A DNA stretch of 59,435 bases, counting the filler. It is 6 parts of 6 records of this genome, joined end to end, with 100 filler letters (N's around TTAATTAATTAA, not from the genome) between each part and the next. Parts side by side here need not be neighbours in the genome. Positions count along the whole stretch, not along the records: positions 18,767 to 29,024 come from SRR31147125_11178; positions 29,125 to 35,759 come from SRR31147125_11193; 4 more parts are not named here. One strand, written 5' to 3'. The notes below the pieces were generated by a model. That model had not been told where the DNA came from. It searched no databases and saw nothing but the letters and a program-made list of their open reading frames with translations. Positions 21,625-32,092 of the stretch are shown here, in pieces. The position numbers and the translations under genes were made by a program. Position 1 is the first letter of the stretch. Each line of letters opens with the position of its first letter.

Positions 21625-21637
21625 TAAGGATATTTAA

Positions 21638-22693
21638 ATGGTGAATAATAAAATCAGAGTTGTTGTTGCCGATGATAGTGCGTTGATGCGTAAAAGGATC
21701 AGCGAGATTTTGAATTCTGATTCTGATATTGAAGTAGTAGCAGTAGTTAGAAATGGAAAAGAGGCTCTAGATTCAGTCTATAGTCTTAAGCCAGATGTTG
21801 TAACTCTTGATATAGAAATGCCGGTGCTAGATGGTTTAAATGCTCTAGGTTATATTATGAGTGAGTGTCCCACGCCGGTTGTTATGATTAGTGCTTTTAC
21901 TCAGGAGGGAACAGAAGAAAGTATTAAAGCTTTGGAGTATGGTGCTGTTGATTTTGTTACAAAACCTGGTGGAGTCATTTCTCCAAATATAGAAGATGTT
22001 GGAGAAGAAATTATTGAAAAAGTAAAGACTGCATCAAAAGTTCCAGTTTCAAGGCTTAAGCTGATATGGGCTGAAAAACCCAGAGAGATTTCAGATATAT
22101 CAAAAAAACCCAGCGAAATTAAAAAAGTTTTTGCGATAGCATCATCTACTGGGGGGACTCAGGCTCTAGCTACAATTATCCCTAAACTAAGTGCGGATTT
22201 AGCAGCATCGGTTTTAGTAGTTCAGCATATGCCGGCAGGTTTTACAAAAAGTCTCGCAAAAAGATTGAATTGGCAATCAAAGATTCCTGTTGTTGAGGCT
22301 GAAGAGGGAATGCTTGTAAAGCCAGCACAGGTTATTATAGCTAAAGGTGGTTGCCATATGGAGGTTTGTGGTAATGCTGAAAAAGCGAGGATTGCTTTTA
22401 GCGATGGAAAATCAATTCATAATCTTAAGCCTTCTGCAGATATCATGATGAAGTCGGTTGCTAAAATATTTGGAGATAAGGTCGTTGGAATAGTTCTTAC
22501 AGGGATGGGTAGTGATGGTACGTTAGGGTCTGAAGCAATTAAGTCAAAAGGTGGAAGTGTTTTTGCTCAAGATGAGAAATCATGTGTGGTTTATGGTATG
22601 CCAAAATCGGTTGTTGAAAATCAATTGGTTGATGAAATATATTCACTTCGCGATATGCCTGTGAGGATGGAAGAGTTGCTTAAGAAAGGTTGA
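21638..22693 (+). CDS. cheB: Chemotaxis methylesterase CheB (REC + esterase)
   Basis: SSTGG, QHMP, TGMGSDG. Confidence 0.95.
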   Translation: MVNNKIRVVVADDSALMRKRISEILNSDSDIEVVAVVRNGKEALDSVYSLKPDVVTLDIEMPVLDGLNALGYIMSECPTPVVMISAFTQEGTEESIKALEYGAVDFVTKPGGVISPNIEDVGEEIIEKVKTASKVPVSRLKLIWAEKPREISDISKKPSEIKKVFAIASSTGGTQALATIIPKLSADLAASVLVVQHMPAGFTKSLAKRLNWQSKIPVVEAEEGMLVKPAQVIIAKGGCHMEVCGNAEKARIAFSDGKSIHNLKPSADIMMKSVAKIFGDKVVGIVLTGMGSDGTLGSEAIKSKGGSVFAQDEKSCVVYGMPKSVVENQLVDEIYSLRDMPVRMEELLKKG

Positions 22694-22698
22694 TATAA

Positions 22699-24683
22699 GT
22701 GACAGGAAAATCTGATTATAAAAAAATATATATACAGGAATCTGACGAACTCTTACAGCAGATGAATAGCAGCCTTTTGGTTTTGGAAAAAAACCTCAAG
22801 ATCAAGGCGCTATAAATGCAATTTTCCGTTCTGCTCATACCTTGAAAAGTATGTCTGCTAGTATGGGCCATGGCGATATTGCAGATCTTTCACATAAGAT
22901 GGAAGATGTCTTAACTAGAATAAGAGAAGGATCAATTGAAATAAGCGCGAATCTTGTTGATCTCTTTTTTAGTATTTTTGATAGCTTAGAGAAAATGGTT
23001 GGCGAGGTTCAAAAAGGAAAAGCTTACAAGAGTGATATAGAGCCGTTAATGGATGCTTTGGATGGTTATCTAGAAAAAGAGCTTTCATTTGAAGAAGAAT
23101 CTGTAAGTGATGAGGTTAGTTTAAATACCTTTGAAAAGAGAACGCTAGCCAGGGTTGAAAAAGATGGGTTTTTTGTCTTTCATGTGAAAGTTAAGCTCGA
23201 AGTTAGTTGTGTTTTGAAGAGTGTTAGAGCTTTTATGGTGTTTCGCAATCTCCATGAGTTTGGAGAAGTTATTAAGTCTTTTCCAAACAGTCAAAAATTG
23301 GAAGAGGAGAGATTTGAAGATAGTTTCAGTTTTATATTTGTAACCAAAGAAGGTAAAGAGTCGGTTAGGAAAAAAACTCTGGAAGTTCTGGAGGTAGAAG
23401 ATGTTGTTGTAGAAGGACTTCCTGTGGATGAATTGTGGAATGATGAAGGTCTTGAGAAAACAGTTGTAAGCAAGTTTGGAGATTCGTCTGTCTCTGATTT
23501 TAGCCAGTTAACAGAACATCACATTCGAAATATTAAAAGTGTTCGTGTTGATATTGAGAAATTGGATAAAATGATGAATTTGGTTGAAGAATTGGCAATT
23601 AATAAATTGAGGCTTATAGAAGTTGGCTCTTTGTATCCTGATGCAGATTTTAAAAGCATTATAGAAGGTTTGAGTAGATTGACTGATGAATTGCAGACTA
23701 CTGTAATGCAGGCTAGATTGGTTCCAGTAAAACAAATATTCGATCGCTTTCCAAGGATGGTTCGTGATTTTGCGAAAAAGAATGGAAAAAGTATTAAGTT
23801 TGATGTCATTGGTGGTGATATTGAATTAGATAGAACGGTCCTAGATGAAATAGGCGATCCCCTTATTCATTTAATAAGAAATTCCGTAGATCATGGAATC
23901 GAAGCTGCTGAGGAGAGAGAACAAAACGGTAAGGCTGCTGAAGGTAGGGTTATGCTTTCAGCAATAAGGGAAAAAGGTTTTGTTTCTATCTCTGTTGAAG
24001 ATGATGGTAGAGGACTGGATTTGGATAGAATAAAATCTAAGGCCATTGAGAAGGGAATCGTGAGTATAGAAGAGGTAGAGAAATTTAGTGAACAGGAAAT
24101 TTATCTGCTTTGTGCTCATCCTGGTTTTAGCACAAAAGAAAATGTTTCAGAAATGTCGGGTCGAGGTGTTGGTCTAGATGTTGTGAAAGAGAAGGTAGAG
24201 ATTCTTGGGGGTGGTATATATATTGAATCGATACTTGGTAGAGGTTCTAAAGTTAGTATGAGGCTCCCGATTACGACGGCTGTTGTACAGGCTCTGTTGA
24301 TAGAGGTTTTGAATAGAAGTTTCGCGATTCCTATTTCGAGTGTGTTGGAGATAATAGTAATTGATGAAGGTGATATTAAAAATGTTGAACACCAAGAGAC
24401 AATTATTCACAGGGATAAGGTCTTGCCTATATTAAGATTATCTAATGTTTTTGGGTCTATTGTTGGTGACAGGTCTGAAAAAGGTTCTGATAAATTAAAT
24501 GTTGTCGTTCTTGAGTCAGCATCAAATCAATATGGTATTGTTGTTGATAGGCTGGTCAGTCAACAAGATATTGTTATTAAACAGTTAACTAAAGAATTAA
24601 GGGGTGTGAAAGGGTTTGCCGGAGCAACAATCCTGGGTGATGGCAGTGTTGCATTAGTTTTAGATGTAGCAACCTTAATTTAG
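22699..24683 (+). CDS. cheA: Chemotaxis histidine kinase CheA, frameshift near 22790
   Basis: GTG at 22699; rejoined Hpt IFRSAHTLKSM, P2 domain, HLIRNSVDHG, SGRGVGLD and a CheW domain. Confidence 0.94.
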
Positions 24684-24703
24684 TAGGTATTGCAGGAGGT
24701 TAT

Positions 24704-25075
24704 ATGGCGAGAATATTGATATGCGATGATTCAGATTTTATGAGAGGGGTTATAAAAGAAATTTTAGAAGAAGCTGGACATGAAATAATTGGAGAAGCTG
24801 ATGATGGTTCGAAAGCTGTGGAAATGTATAAAGAGTATAAGCCCGACGCTGTTACTATGGATATAGTTATGAAAGTAGGAGGTGTTGAGGCTATTCAGAA
24901 GATAGTTGAAATGGATAAGAAAGCCAAAATCCTTGTTGTTAGCGTTCTTGAGGGGTCTGAAGGTGAGTTGGTTGATGCTGTAAAGTCGGGTGCCATGGGA
25001 TATATCACTAAACCGATAAGGAAGGAATCGTTGATTGCCGAAATGGAGAGAGTTCTTGGAGGTGACAATGGCTAA
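24704..25075 (+). CDS. cheY: CheY-like response regulator 3 (divergent)
   Basis: CDDS, MDIVMK, VSVL, TKP. Confidence 0.82.
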   Translation: MARILICDDSDFMRGVIKEILEEAGHEIIGEADDGSKAVEMYKEYKPDAVTMDIVMKVGGVEAIQKIVEMDKKAKILVVSVLEGSEGELVDAVKSGAMGYITKPIRKESLIAEMERVLGGDNG

Positions 25076-25430
25076 AATTCTAATATGTGATGATGCACCC
25101 TTTATGAGGATGACAATTAAAGAGATGCTTGAAAAAGCTGGTCATGAGGTTGTTGGTGAGGCCGAAGATGGTGAGGATGGTTTTGAAAAGTATAAGGAGT
25201 TAAAACCAGATATTGTTACTATGGATATTATAATGAAAACTCCGGCTGTTGAATCTGTTAAAAAAATTATTTCATATGATCCTGAGGCCAAAATAATTGT
25301 TGTAACAGTGCTTAGAGAGAGCGAGGCTCATGTTGTTGAAATGGTTAAAGAGGGTGTTTTAGGGATTGTTATTAAACCTGTTAAGGCCGAGGTTCTTGCG
25401 GGTGAGATAAATAGAGTGCTTGCTAAATGA
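25068..25430 (+). CDS. cheY: CheY-like response regulator 4 (divergent)
   Basis: ATG at 25068 after GGAGG; CDDA, MDIIMK, VTVL, IKP. Confidence 0.82.
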   Translation: MAKILICDDAPFMRMTIKEMLEKAGHEVVGEAEDGEDGFEKYKELKPDIVTMDIIMKTPAVESVKKIISYDPEAKIIVVTVLRESEAHVVEMVKEGVLGIVIKPVKAEVLAGEINRVLAK

Positions 25431-25444
25431 TCACCGGGGGAAAG

Positions 25445-25807
25445 ATGCCTAGCAAGATATTGTTGATCGAAGATGAAGAAAATCTAGTAGAATTGCTTAA
25501 GTTTAGGCTTGAAGCCAATGGATATCTTGTTGAAGTTGCCTTTGATGGTGAAGAGGGTTTGAAGAAGATTAAAGATGTTAAACCAGATCTTATAATACTA
25601 GATATTATGATGCCTAAGGTTCATGGTTATGATGTGTGTAGGATAACTAAAGATAATAAAGAGACAAAAAAGATTCCAATAATTATCCTAACAGCCAGGG
25701 CTCAGGTGGAAGATCTTGAAATGGCAAGGGCTTGTGGAGCAGAATCGTATGTTGTGAAGCCTTTTGAGCCAATAGATTTGCTTAGAGAAATAGAAAAGTA
25801 TATTTAA
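25445..25807 (+). CDS. Single-domain response regulator (PhoB-like receiver)
   Basis: IEDE, LDIMMP, LTA, VKPF. Confidence 0.88.
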   Translation: MPSKILLIEDEENLVELLKFRLEANGYLVEVAFDGEEGLKKIKDVKPDLIILDIMMPKVHGYDVCRITKDNKETKKIPIIILTARAQVEDLEMARACGAESYVVKPFEPIDLLREIEKYI

Positions 25808-25822
25808 GGTTAGGGTTTGCGA

Positions 25823-27682
25823 ATGGAGAAGAGGATTGCCATAATTGGCGGAACAAAAAAAGCATTTGAATTAGCCGGATTGATAGTTGAAGCTAAAGGT
25901 TTGTTGCTTGTAGGTGTTTGTGATGAGAAGAGTTCTTCACCTTGTATGGTTTTTGCCAGAAAAAATAAGGTTCCAAGCTCAATAAATATAAAGCGTTTTA
26001 TCTCTAACCTCGAAGCAGATATTTTAATAATAGTATCTGGCTCTAGAGCCCAGAAAAAATACCTTTCAGAGTCTGTATTAGGTAAAACCAAACTCATTGA
26101 TTATAAAACGATTGAACCTGTTTTGACATCTCTACTTGATAGTGAAAAATTAAAAAAAATAGAGCGACTAGAATTGATTTCAAAGTTCTCCGAGGTTTTC
26201 TCTGGAGGTTATGATTTGCATAATGTCACGAGACCAGTCTATGAGCTTCTGAGGGACTCTTTTTGTGTTGATCAGGTTGCTATTGTAACTTTTTATGACT
26301 CTGCAAGTGAAATGCTCTTTGCCTCGGATTACAAGGTTAATGGTCCTGAAATAGAGAGTATTTCAAAGAAGATTATAAAAGAAACTAAGTGTGATTCAGA
26401 GGTAACTTTTGATTTTATCAGGAACGATTTTTTGAAAAATCCAAAAAAAATGCCCAAACAAAAAGATTATCTTGTTATCCCTCTCAGGACAACAACTAGA
26501 GATGAGGGGATTCTGTTTTTAAGTTTTTCAGAAAAGTTTTCCTTAGATAAGGAAGATAAAATAGTTTTTGATAATTTTATAAGAGAATTAGCTTTTTTTC
26601 TGCAGAATGAGCGTATTAAGAAGAATTTGGCCGATTCCAAGATTAGACTTGAATCAATGCTAAAGAGCATGAGCGAAGGTTTTATAGCCGTAGGTAATGA
26701 TTTAAAAATCAATCTTATTAATTCGTCAGCAATTGATTTGTTTGGTTCTGATAATATCAAGATTGATTTTGATATATACGAGGTATTGAAACGATTTGAT
26801 TTGTATGTAGAAGAAAAAAAGCTATTTGTTGATAGGATCGTTATCTCAGAACTAGAAATATATAATGAAAAAGGTTTTAAAATATTAAAACTATTTATCG
26901 CGCCCTCGAAAAATAGCGTGGGAAAAAACAATGGTTGGGTTGTTCTTATAACTGATATTTCAAAAGAAAAAGAGATCGATAGGATGAAGTCTGAGTTTAT
27001 CTCTAACACATCTCATGAGTTGAGGACCCCTTTAGCTGCAATTAAGGAATCAGTGATGCTGGTTTTAGATGAAACTACTGGGCCTATTTCAGATAAGCAG
27101 AAAAGATTTCTAGATATATCGAAGCGAAATATTGATCGGTTGACTCAATTAATAAACGATTTGCTTGATATATCAAAGATTGAAACTGGAAAGATGGAAT
27201 TGAAGAAATCGTTGATAAGCGTACCTAGACTTGTCGTGAGTGTTGTTGAATCTATGAGGCTTTTGGCTAAAGAACGGGAAATAAGCTTGGATGTGAAATA
27301 TCCGGAGAAATTGCCGTCTGTTGAGTGTGATCAGAATAGGATAACTCAAGTCTTAGTAAATTTAGTAGGTAATGCGTTAAAATTCACTTTGGCAAAAGGC
27401 TCTATCGATATTAAGGTGAGTGATGTCTTTAATATGGAGGGAGATGATTATGTCATGATATCGGTTTCCGATACGGGTGAGGGAATTAGTGATAAAGATA
27501 AGGTTAGACTCTTTAGTAGGTTTAGTCAGCTCGATAGTTCTCTTACCAGAAAATCTGGAGGGACGGGTCTAGGGTTGGCTATTTGTAGAGAGTTAGTGGA
27601 AATGCATGGTGGTAAAATATGGGTAGAGTCTAAACTAGGTAAAGGCTCTGTTTTTAGTTTTACTCTTCCGATGTTAAAGTAA
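25823..27682 (+). CDS. Cytoplasmic histidine kinase (Rossmann-like, GAF-like, PAS-like, HisKA, HATPase)
   Basis: SHELRTP, NLVGNALKF, DTGEG, GGTGLGL; no obvious TM helix. Confidence 0.9.
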   Translation: MEKRIAIIGGTKKAFELAGLIVEAKGLLLVGVCDEKSSSPCMVFARKNKVPSSINIKRFISNLEADILIIVSGSRAQKKYLSESVLGKTKLIDYKTIEPVLTSLLDSEKLKKIERLELISKFSEVFSGGYDLHNVTRPVYELLRDSFCVDQVAIVTFYDSASEMLFASDYKVNGPEIESISKKIIKETKCDSEVTFDFIRNDFLKNPKKMPKQKDYLVIPLRTTTRDEGILFLSFSEKFSLDKEDKIVFDNFIRELAFFLQNERIKKNLADSKIRLESMLKSMSEGFIAVGNDLKINLINSSAIDLFGSDNIKIDFDIYEVLKRFDLYVEEKKLFVDRIVISELEIYNEKGFKILKLFIAPSKNSVGKNNGWVVLITDISKEKEIDRMKSEFISNTSHELRTPLAAIKESVMLVLDETTGPISDKQKRFLDISKRNIDRLTQLINDLLDISKIETGKMELKKSLISVPRLVVSVVESMRLLAKEREISLDVKYPEKLPSVECDQNRITQVLVNLVGNALKFTLAKGSIDIKVSDVFNMEGDDYVMISVSDTGEGISDKDKVRLFSRFSQLDSSLTRKSGGTGLGLAICRELVEMHGGKIWVESKLGKGSVFSFTLPMLK

Positions 27683-27701
27683 GAATAGAAAAGGAGAAGA
27701 T

Positions 27702-28313
27702 ATGAAACATCAACTAACAGAGATTCAACTTGATGCTTTAAAAGAGGCTACCAATATTGGTGCTGGACATGCCGCAATTGCTCTGTCTCAAATGCTAGAT
27801 AAAAAAATAATGATAGCAGTTACATACAATGATGTTGTTCCGAGTGATCAGTTTTTAGATAAGATGGCTGGTGGTAAGGATAATGAAGTTGTGGGTGTCT
27901 ACTTGAAGACACTGGGGGATGTGAAAGGTGCAATAGTCTTTATGTTTGATAAAAAAGATGCTTTGAAGCTTTGCGATCTTCTTCTTTTTAAAAAGCCTGG
28001 TGAAACAACATTTTTGGATGAAAAATGTCAGTCAGCTATGAAGGAATTGGGAAATATATTAACAGGTGCTTTCTTTTCGGTTCTCGCAAATATGCTTAAT
28101 CTCAATTTTTTCAATTTAGCGCCCAATTATGCATATGATACCTCTGAAACAATAATGTATGGGGTGTGTGAGCAGATGTTTGGTGATAGAAAAGAGAGGC
28201 TCTGCATAGCTACGGATTTTATTGAATCGAATAGCAAGATCAAAGGTTCGTTTGCATTTATACCAGCCGAAGAGGCGATGAATGAAATATTAAATAAGCT
28301 ACAGGCTTGTTAG
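27702..28313 (+). CDS. cheC: CheY-P phosphatase CheC
   Basis: DALKEATNIG and KELGNIL, two ExxN motifs. Confidence 0.9.
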   Translation: MKHQLTEIQLDALKEATNIGAGHAAIALSQMLDKKIMIAVTYNDVVPSDQFLDKMAGGKDNEVVGVYLKTLGDVKGAIVFMFDKKDALKLCDLLLFKKPGETTFLDEKCQSAMKELGNILTGAFFSVLANMLNLNFFNLAPNYAYDTSETIMYGVCEQMFGDRKERLCIATDFIESNSKIKGSFAFIPAEEAMNEILNKLQAC

Positions 28314-28327
28314 AAGCGGGAGGGGTT

Positions 28328-28939
28328 ATGGAAGGTCAACTAACTAAGTTACAAAAGGATGCATTGACAGAGATTGTTACAATAGGCGCTGGAAATGCTG
28401 CCACAGCCCTATCTCAGATGTTGAAGAAAAAGGTCGATATTAAAATCCCAAAAGTAGATATGTGCCATGTAAAGGATGCTCCAAAGGTGTTTGGTACACC
28501 AGAGCTCCTCGTCACTTCAGTCTATTTACAAATATTGGGTGAAATGGCTGGGGTTATGCTTTTTTCTTTTCATAAAGAGGAGGCGAATAGATTGGCCGAC
28601 CTGCTTTTTGGGAAAAAACCTGGTAATACAAAGTTAATAAATGATTTGGCTGGCTCTGCATTAAAAGAGACTGCAACAATTTTGTCTGGAGCTTATCTGA
28701 GTGCAATTTCAAAAGTCTTAAAACTGAGAATATTGTTGTCAGCTCCCGGTCTTGCACATGATATGGCTGGAGCTATTGTTGATGCAATCTTGGCTGAGAC
28801 GAGCAAAGAGGCCGATTACGCAATTGTTATCAATACAGAGTTGAGTATTGTTGATGAAAAAGTTCAGGCCTATTTCTTTTTTATTCCTGATTCGGAGTCG
28901 TTGGAACAGATGATGAATATAATGGGTGTTAGTGGTTAG
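28328..28939 (+). CDS. cheC: CheC paralogue with ExxT motifs
   Basis: DALTEIVTIGAGNAATALS, KETATIL, DMAGAI. Confidence 0.85.
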   Translation: MEGQLTKLQKDALTEIVTIGAGNAATALSQMLKKKVDIKIPKVDMCHVKDAPKVFGTPELLVTSVYLQILGEMAGVMLFSFHKEEANRLADLLFGKKPGNTKLINDLAGSALKETATILSGAYLSAISKVLKLRILLSAPGLAHDMAGAIVDAILAETSKEADYAIVINTELSIVDEKVQAYFFFIPDSESLEQMMNIMGVSG

Positions 28940-29024
28940 ATAAAGGATGGTTGTTAATGGTAAAAAAGATGAAACAAAAGAAGGATGGAAATTTTTGTTT
29001 TGCACCGTCGGTTCTTGATCAAAA

Positions 29025-29124
29025 NNNNNNNNNNNNNNNNNNNNNNNNNNNNNNNNNNNNNNNNNNNNTTAATTAATTAANNNNNNNNNNNNNNNNNNNN
29101 NNNNNNNNNNNNNNNNNNNNNNNN
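29025..29124. other. Artificial contig linker
   Basis: N44-TTAATTAATTAA-N44. Confidence 0.99.
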
Positions 29125-29361
29125 CCGAGAATTTCAGCATGCCGGATGTGGCTCGGTTCTTCCGCAAGGAAATTCTCTATGGATGTCTGGGGGAGGTCGT
29201 TAGACAAGGGACGGGTTTTCTCCTGTATCAATCAACCGGGCGTCCTTTTCGAGGGTGTCATTAGCTGAGATAGACAGTGGGGCATTGTCCCGTTCGCTTG
29301 GGCCTGTCAAAAACATCCGAGTCCTTTTGGCTGCTGCCTGTGTCACGCCAAGCCGTTGCTT

Positions 29362-30280
29362 TCAGTCTTCACGGGGTACGGCCAGCATTCGTTCCAGAGC
29401 TTTTTGGGCCGGTATCCGGATATCCTCCGGAACGGTAATAACCGGTGTCATGGTTTCGAGGCTTTTACGTACATCCTCCAGGGTTGTCAGTTTCATGCTC
29501 TTGCAGATGAGTTTGGAGGTGGGAAGGATAAATTCCTTGCCCGGATTGTCCCGTCGCAACTGATAGAGAAGTCCCATTTCCGTAGCGATGATGAACTTTC
29601 TCTGAGCTTTTTCGGGCATGGTTGAGCATACCGCTTGTGGACAGGATATGGTCGGCTAGCGCCAGAATATGCGGTTGGCATTCCGGATGGGCGAGGACCA
29701 CGGCATCCGGATGTTTGGCTATGCAGGCATTGAGGTCATCCAGAGGAAGTTCATCGTGGACGCAGCAGCAGCCGTCCCAGATGTGGCAGTTTTTGTCGGT
29801 CTGAGAGGCAATGTATTTTCCAAGATTGCGGTCAGGGGTCAACATGACTTCGTCACTGTCGAGGGACTGGACCACGCGCACCGCATTGGCGCTGGTGCAG
29901 CAAAGGTCGCTCTCCGCCTTGACCGCGGCGCTGGAGTTGACGTAAGTCACGACCGGCACACCCGGATGCTGTTCTTTGAATTTGCGCAGGGCTTGCGGCG
30001 TGATGCAGTCGGCCAGGGGACAGCCGGCATCGATTCTTGGAAGCAGCACCGTCTTTTCCGGTGAGAGGATGGCGGCACTTTCCGCCATGAAGTAAACGCC
30101 GCAGAACACGATCACTTTTTTTGGCGTTTCAGAAGCGGCAATGGAGAGCCCCAGAGAGTCTCCGGCGATGTCGGCCAGTTCTTGGATTTCGTCCGGCTGA
30201 TAGTTATGGGCCAGAATGATCGCATCCCGTTCTTCGGCGAGACGGCGGATTTCCTTTTTAATTTCTTTTGCTGGGCTCAT
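29362..30280 (-). CDS. nadA: Quinolinate synthase A, frameshift near 29600
   Basis: AHNYQ, GDSL, GCPLA, YVNS, CCVH, HPEC; second frame FIIATEMG...CKSMK. Confidence 0.94.
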
Positions 30281-30676
30281 TTTTCCATCCGATATATTCA
30301 AATTTTAAACCTGGATCCGTGGGTTGGCACAGGGGAAAGGTGTAAGGGCCTGGAATGCTTAGGAGCTTGGTCAGAACTCACGGACTCAGGTTAAAGATTC
30401 TAGTGGAAAACCTCCGGCCATGTCAAACGGATATAAAAAGTGAGCTTTGGTGGCGGTGTGAAAAATACAAACTGGTTTTTAAAATGAATTCCAGGCAAAT
30501 TCTTTTTTGACCGGAATTTTCATTTTCTGCTGAAAACAGGCGTAAAATTTATGCTAATGTAAAAAATATTCTCAGATCGGTAACATGAGTCATAACCGAT
30601 TAAACTTGGGAGTGTGTCTTGGGTGAAAAGGTAATAAAGAATTTTTCTCTTCCGTTTATAGGAAACAGGTGACTTC

Positions 30677-31003
30677 ATGTTTGGGATTGGAATGCCGGAA
30701 CTATTGCTGATTCTGGTCGTCGCACTTATCGTCATAGGTCCGAAAAAGTTGCCCGATATCGCCAAGGCCCTGGGAAAAGGGCTGGCCGAATTCAAGCGGG
30801 CCGCTGATGAAATAAAAACGGCCGTTAACACCGATGTAGCTGAAACAAAAGAGCTTTCAGAGAAAGATAATGCGTCATTGGCAGCTGGGGGTGACGAAGC
30901 AGGGCCGGAGGAGGAAGATCCGTACGAGAGGGGTGAACCCACGGAGGAAGAAGAAATAAAAGAAAAACCGGGTAATGAGAAACGGGAGATTGGCGGTGAA
31001 TGA
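30677..31003 (+). CDS. tatB: Twin-arginine translocase TatA/TatB subunit
   Basis: [26 protein letters not shown]; upstream of tatC. Confidence 0.85.
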   Translation: MFGIGMPELLLILVVALIVIGPKKLPDIAKALGKGLAEFKRAADEIKTAVNTDVAETKELSEKDNASLAAGGDEAGPEEEDPYERGEPTEEEEIKEKPGNEKREIGGE

Positions 31004-31749
31004 TCCTCATCTCCCTTTGACGGCACACCTGGAGGAGCTTAGAAAGCGGCTGATCATTTCTGGAATCGTCTGGTTAATCGCTTTTTTCGGCTGTTATGGT
31101 TTTGCGGAAAAGATTTTTCATTTTGTCGCGGAGCCGGTTCGTGCCGCATTGCCCGAAGGAAGTTCGCTGGTTTTTATCCACGCCACGGAGCCTTTTTTCA
31201 CCTATCTGAAAATCTCCGCTTTTGCCGCGGTTCTCCTGGCGCTTCCGGTCATTCTCTGGCAGGGGTGGATTTTCGTGGCACCGGGACTTTACTCCCGGGA
31301 AAAAAATTCATTATTCCTTTTGTTGTTTCTGGCTGTCTCTGCTTTGGGGTAGGAGCCTATTTTGGCTTTAAGCATGTATTTCCAGTGATCTTCACCTTTC
31401 TTGTGAGTTACGGCACCTCAACCGGGGAGATCAGCGCCATGCTCTCCATGGGTGCCTACCTGAGTCTCTGCACCCGCCTGTTGCTCTCTTTCGGCCTGGT
31501 TTTTGAGTTGCCGGTCGTGGTTTTTTTTCTAGCCCGGATGGGTTTGGTGGATGCCCCCTGGCTTGCAGCGCGACGCAAATACGCGGTCATTCTTGCTTTT
31601 GTTTTCGGTGCGGTGCTGACCCTCCCGATCTGTTCTCGCAGACAGCTATCGCCATTCCTTTTGTCCTTCTCTACGAAGTTAGTATCTGGGTGGCGCGGAT
31701 TTTCAGCCGTTCCAGAAAAGAAGAGGCGACCAAGGACGAAGAGGAATAA
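30996..31749 (+). CDS. tatC: Twin-arginine translocase TatC, frameshifts near 31300 and 31622
   Basis: [18 protein letters not shown], then rejoined LTPPDLFSQ...LYEVSI to TAA at 31747-31749. Confidence 0.92.
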
Positions 31750-31769
31750 AAATGGAGTTTGGAGCTCCA

Positions 31770-31970
31770 GGGTTGCGGCCCGGACGACGCCATACACTTT
31801 TTACTTGTCCAAAAAGAGTATGCAGAAAAAGACACCCCGTAACTTGCCCTTCGGGCTCCCTTCGCAACCTAAGCATTTTAAGAACGAACAGGAACTCGTT
31901 TTGTGCAGACAGCCTGCCCGTCTTAATCTTAAAATGCTTCCTACGCTCCGGCCTCGTTGCAAGGGGAGAA
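31770..31970. repeat. Multi-stem structured intergenic element (candidate multicopy repeat or ncRNA)
   Basis: Stems 31791-31802/31811-31822 (11/12 paired), 31871-31883/31927-31939 (13/13), a small GCCCTTCGGGC hairpin and an outer CCCCGTAAC/GTTGCAAGGGG pairing. Only one copy is in this window. Confidence 0.55.
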
Positions 31971-32092
31971 AACCCACCAAATCGTTTATTGAATTTATCC
32001 GCGAGATACCTGCAATGAAACTTTTGAAAAGAAATGTGCCGGACCTGCTCCGTTTTCCGGGAAAACAGGTCCGACGGTTGGAAAACGCAAAA

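Noticed and set aside
28947-29215. Short partial ORFs at the ends of contigs 4 and 5
   Set aside because: Too short to assign a product; cheR after cheC is plausible but unsupported.
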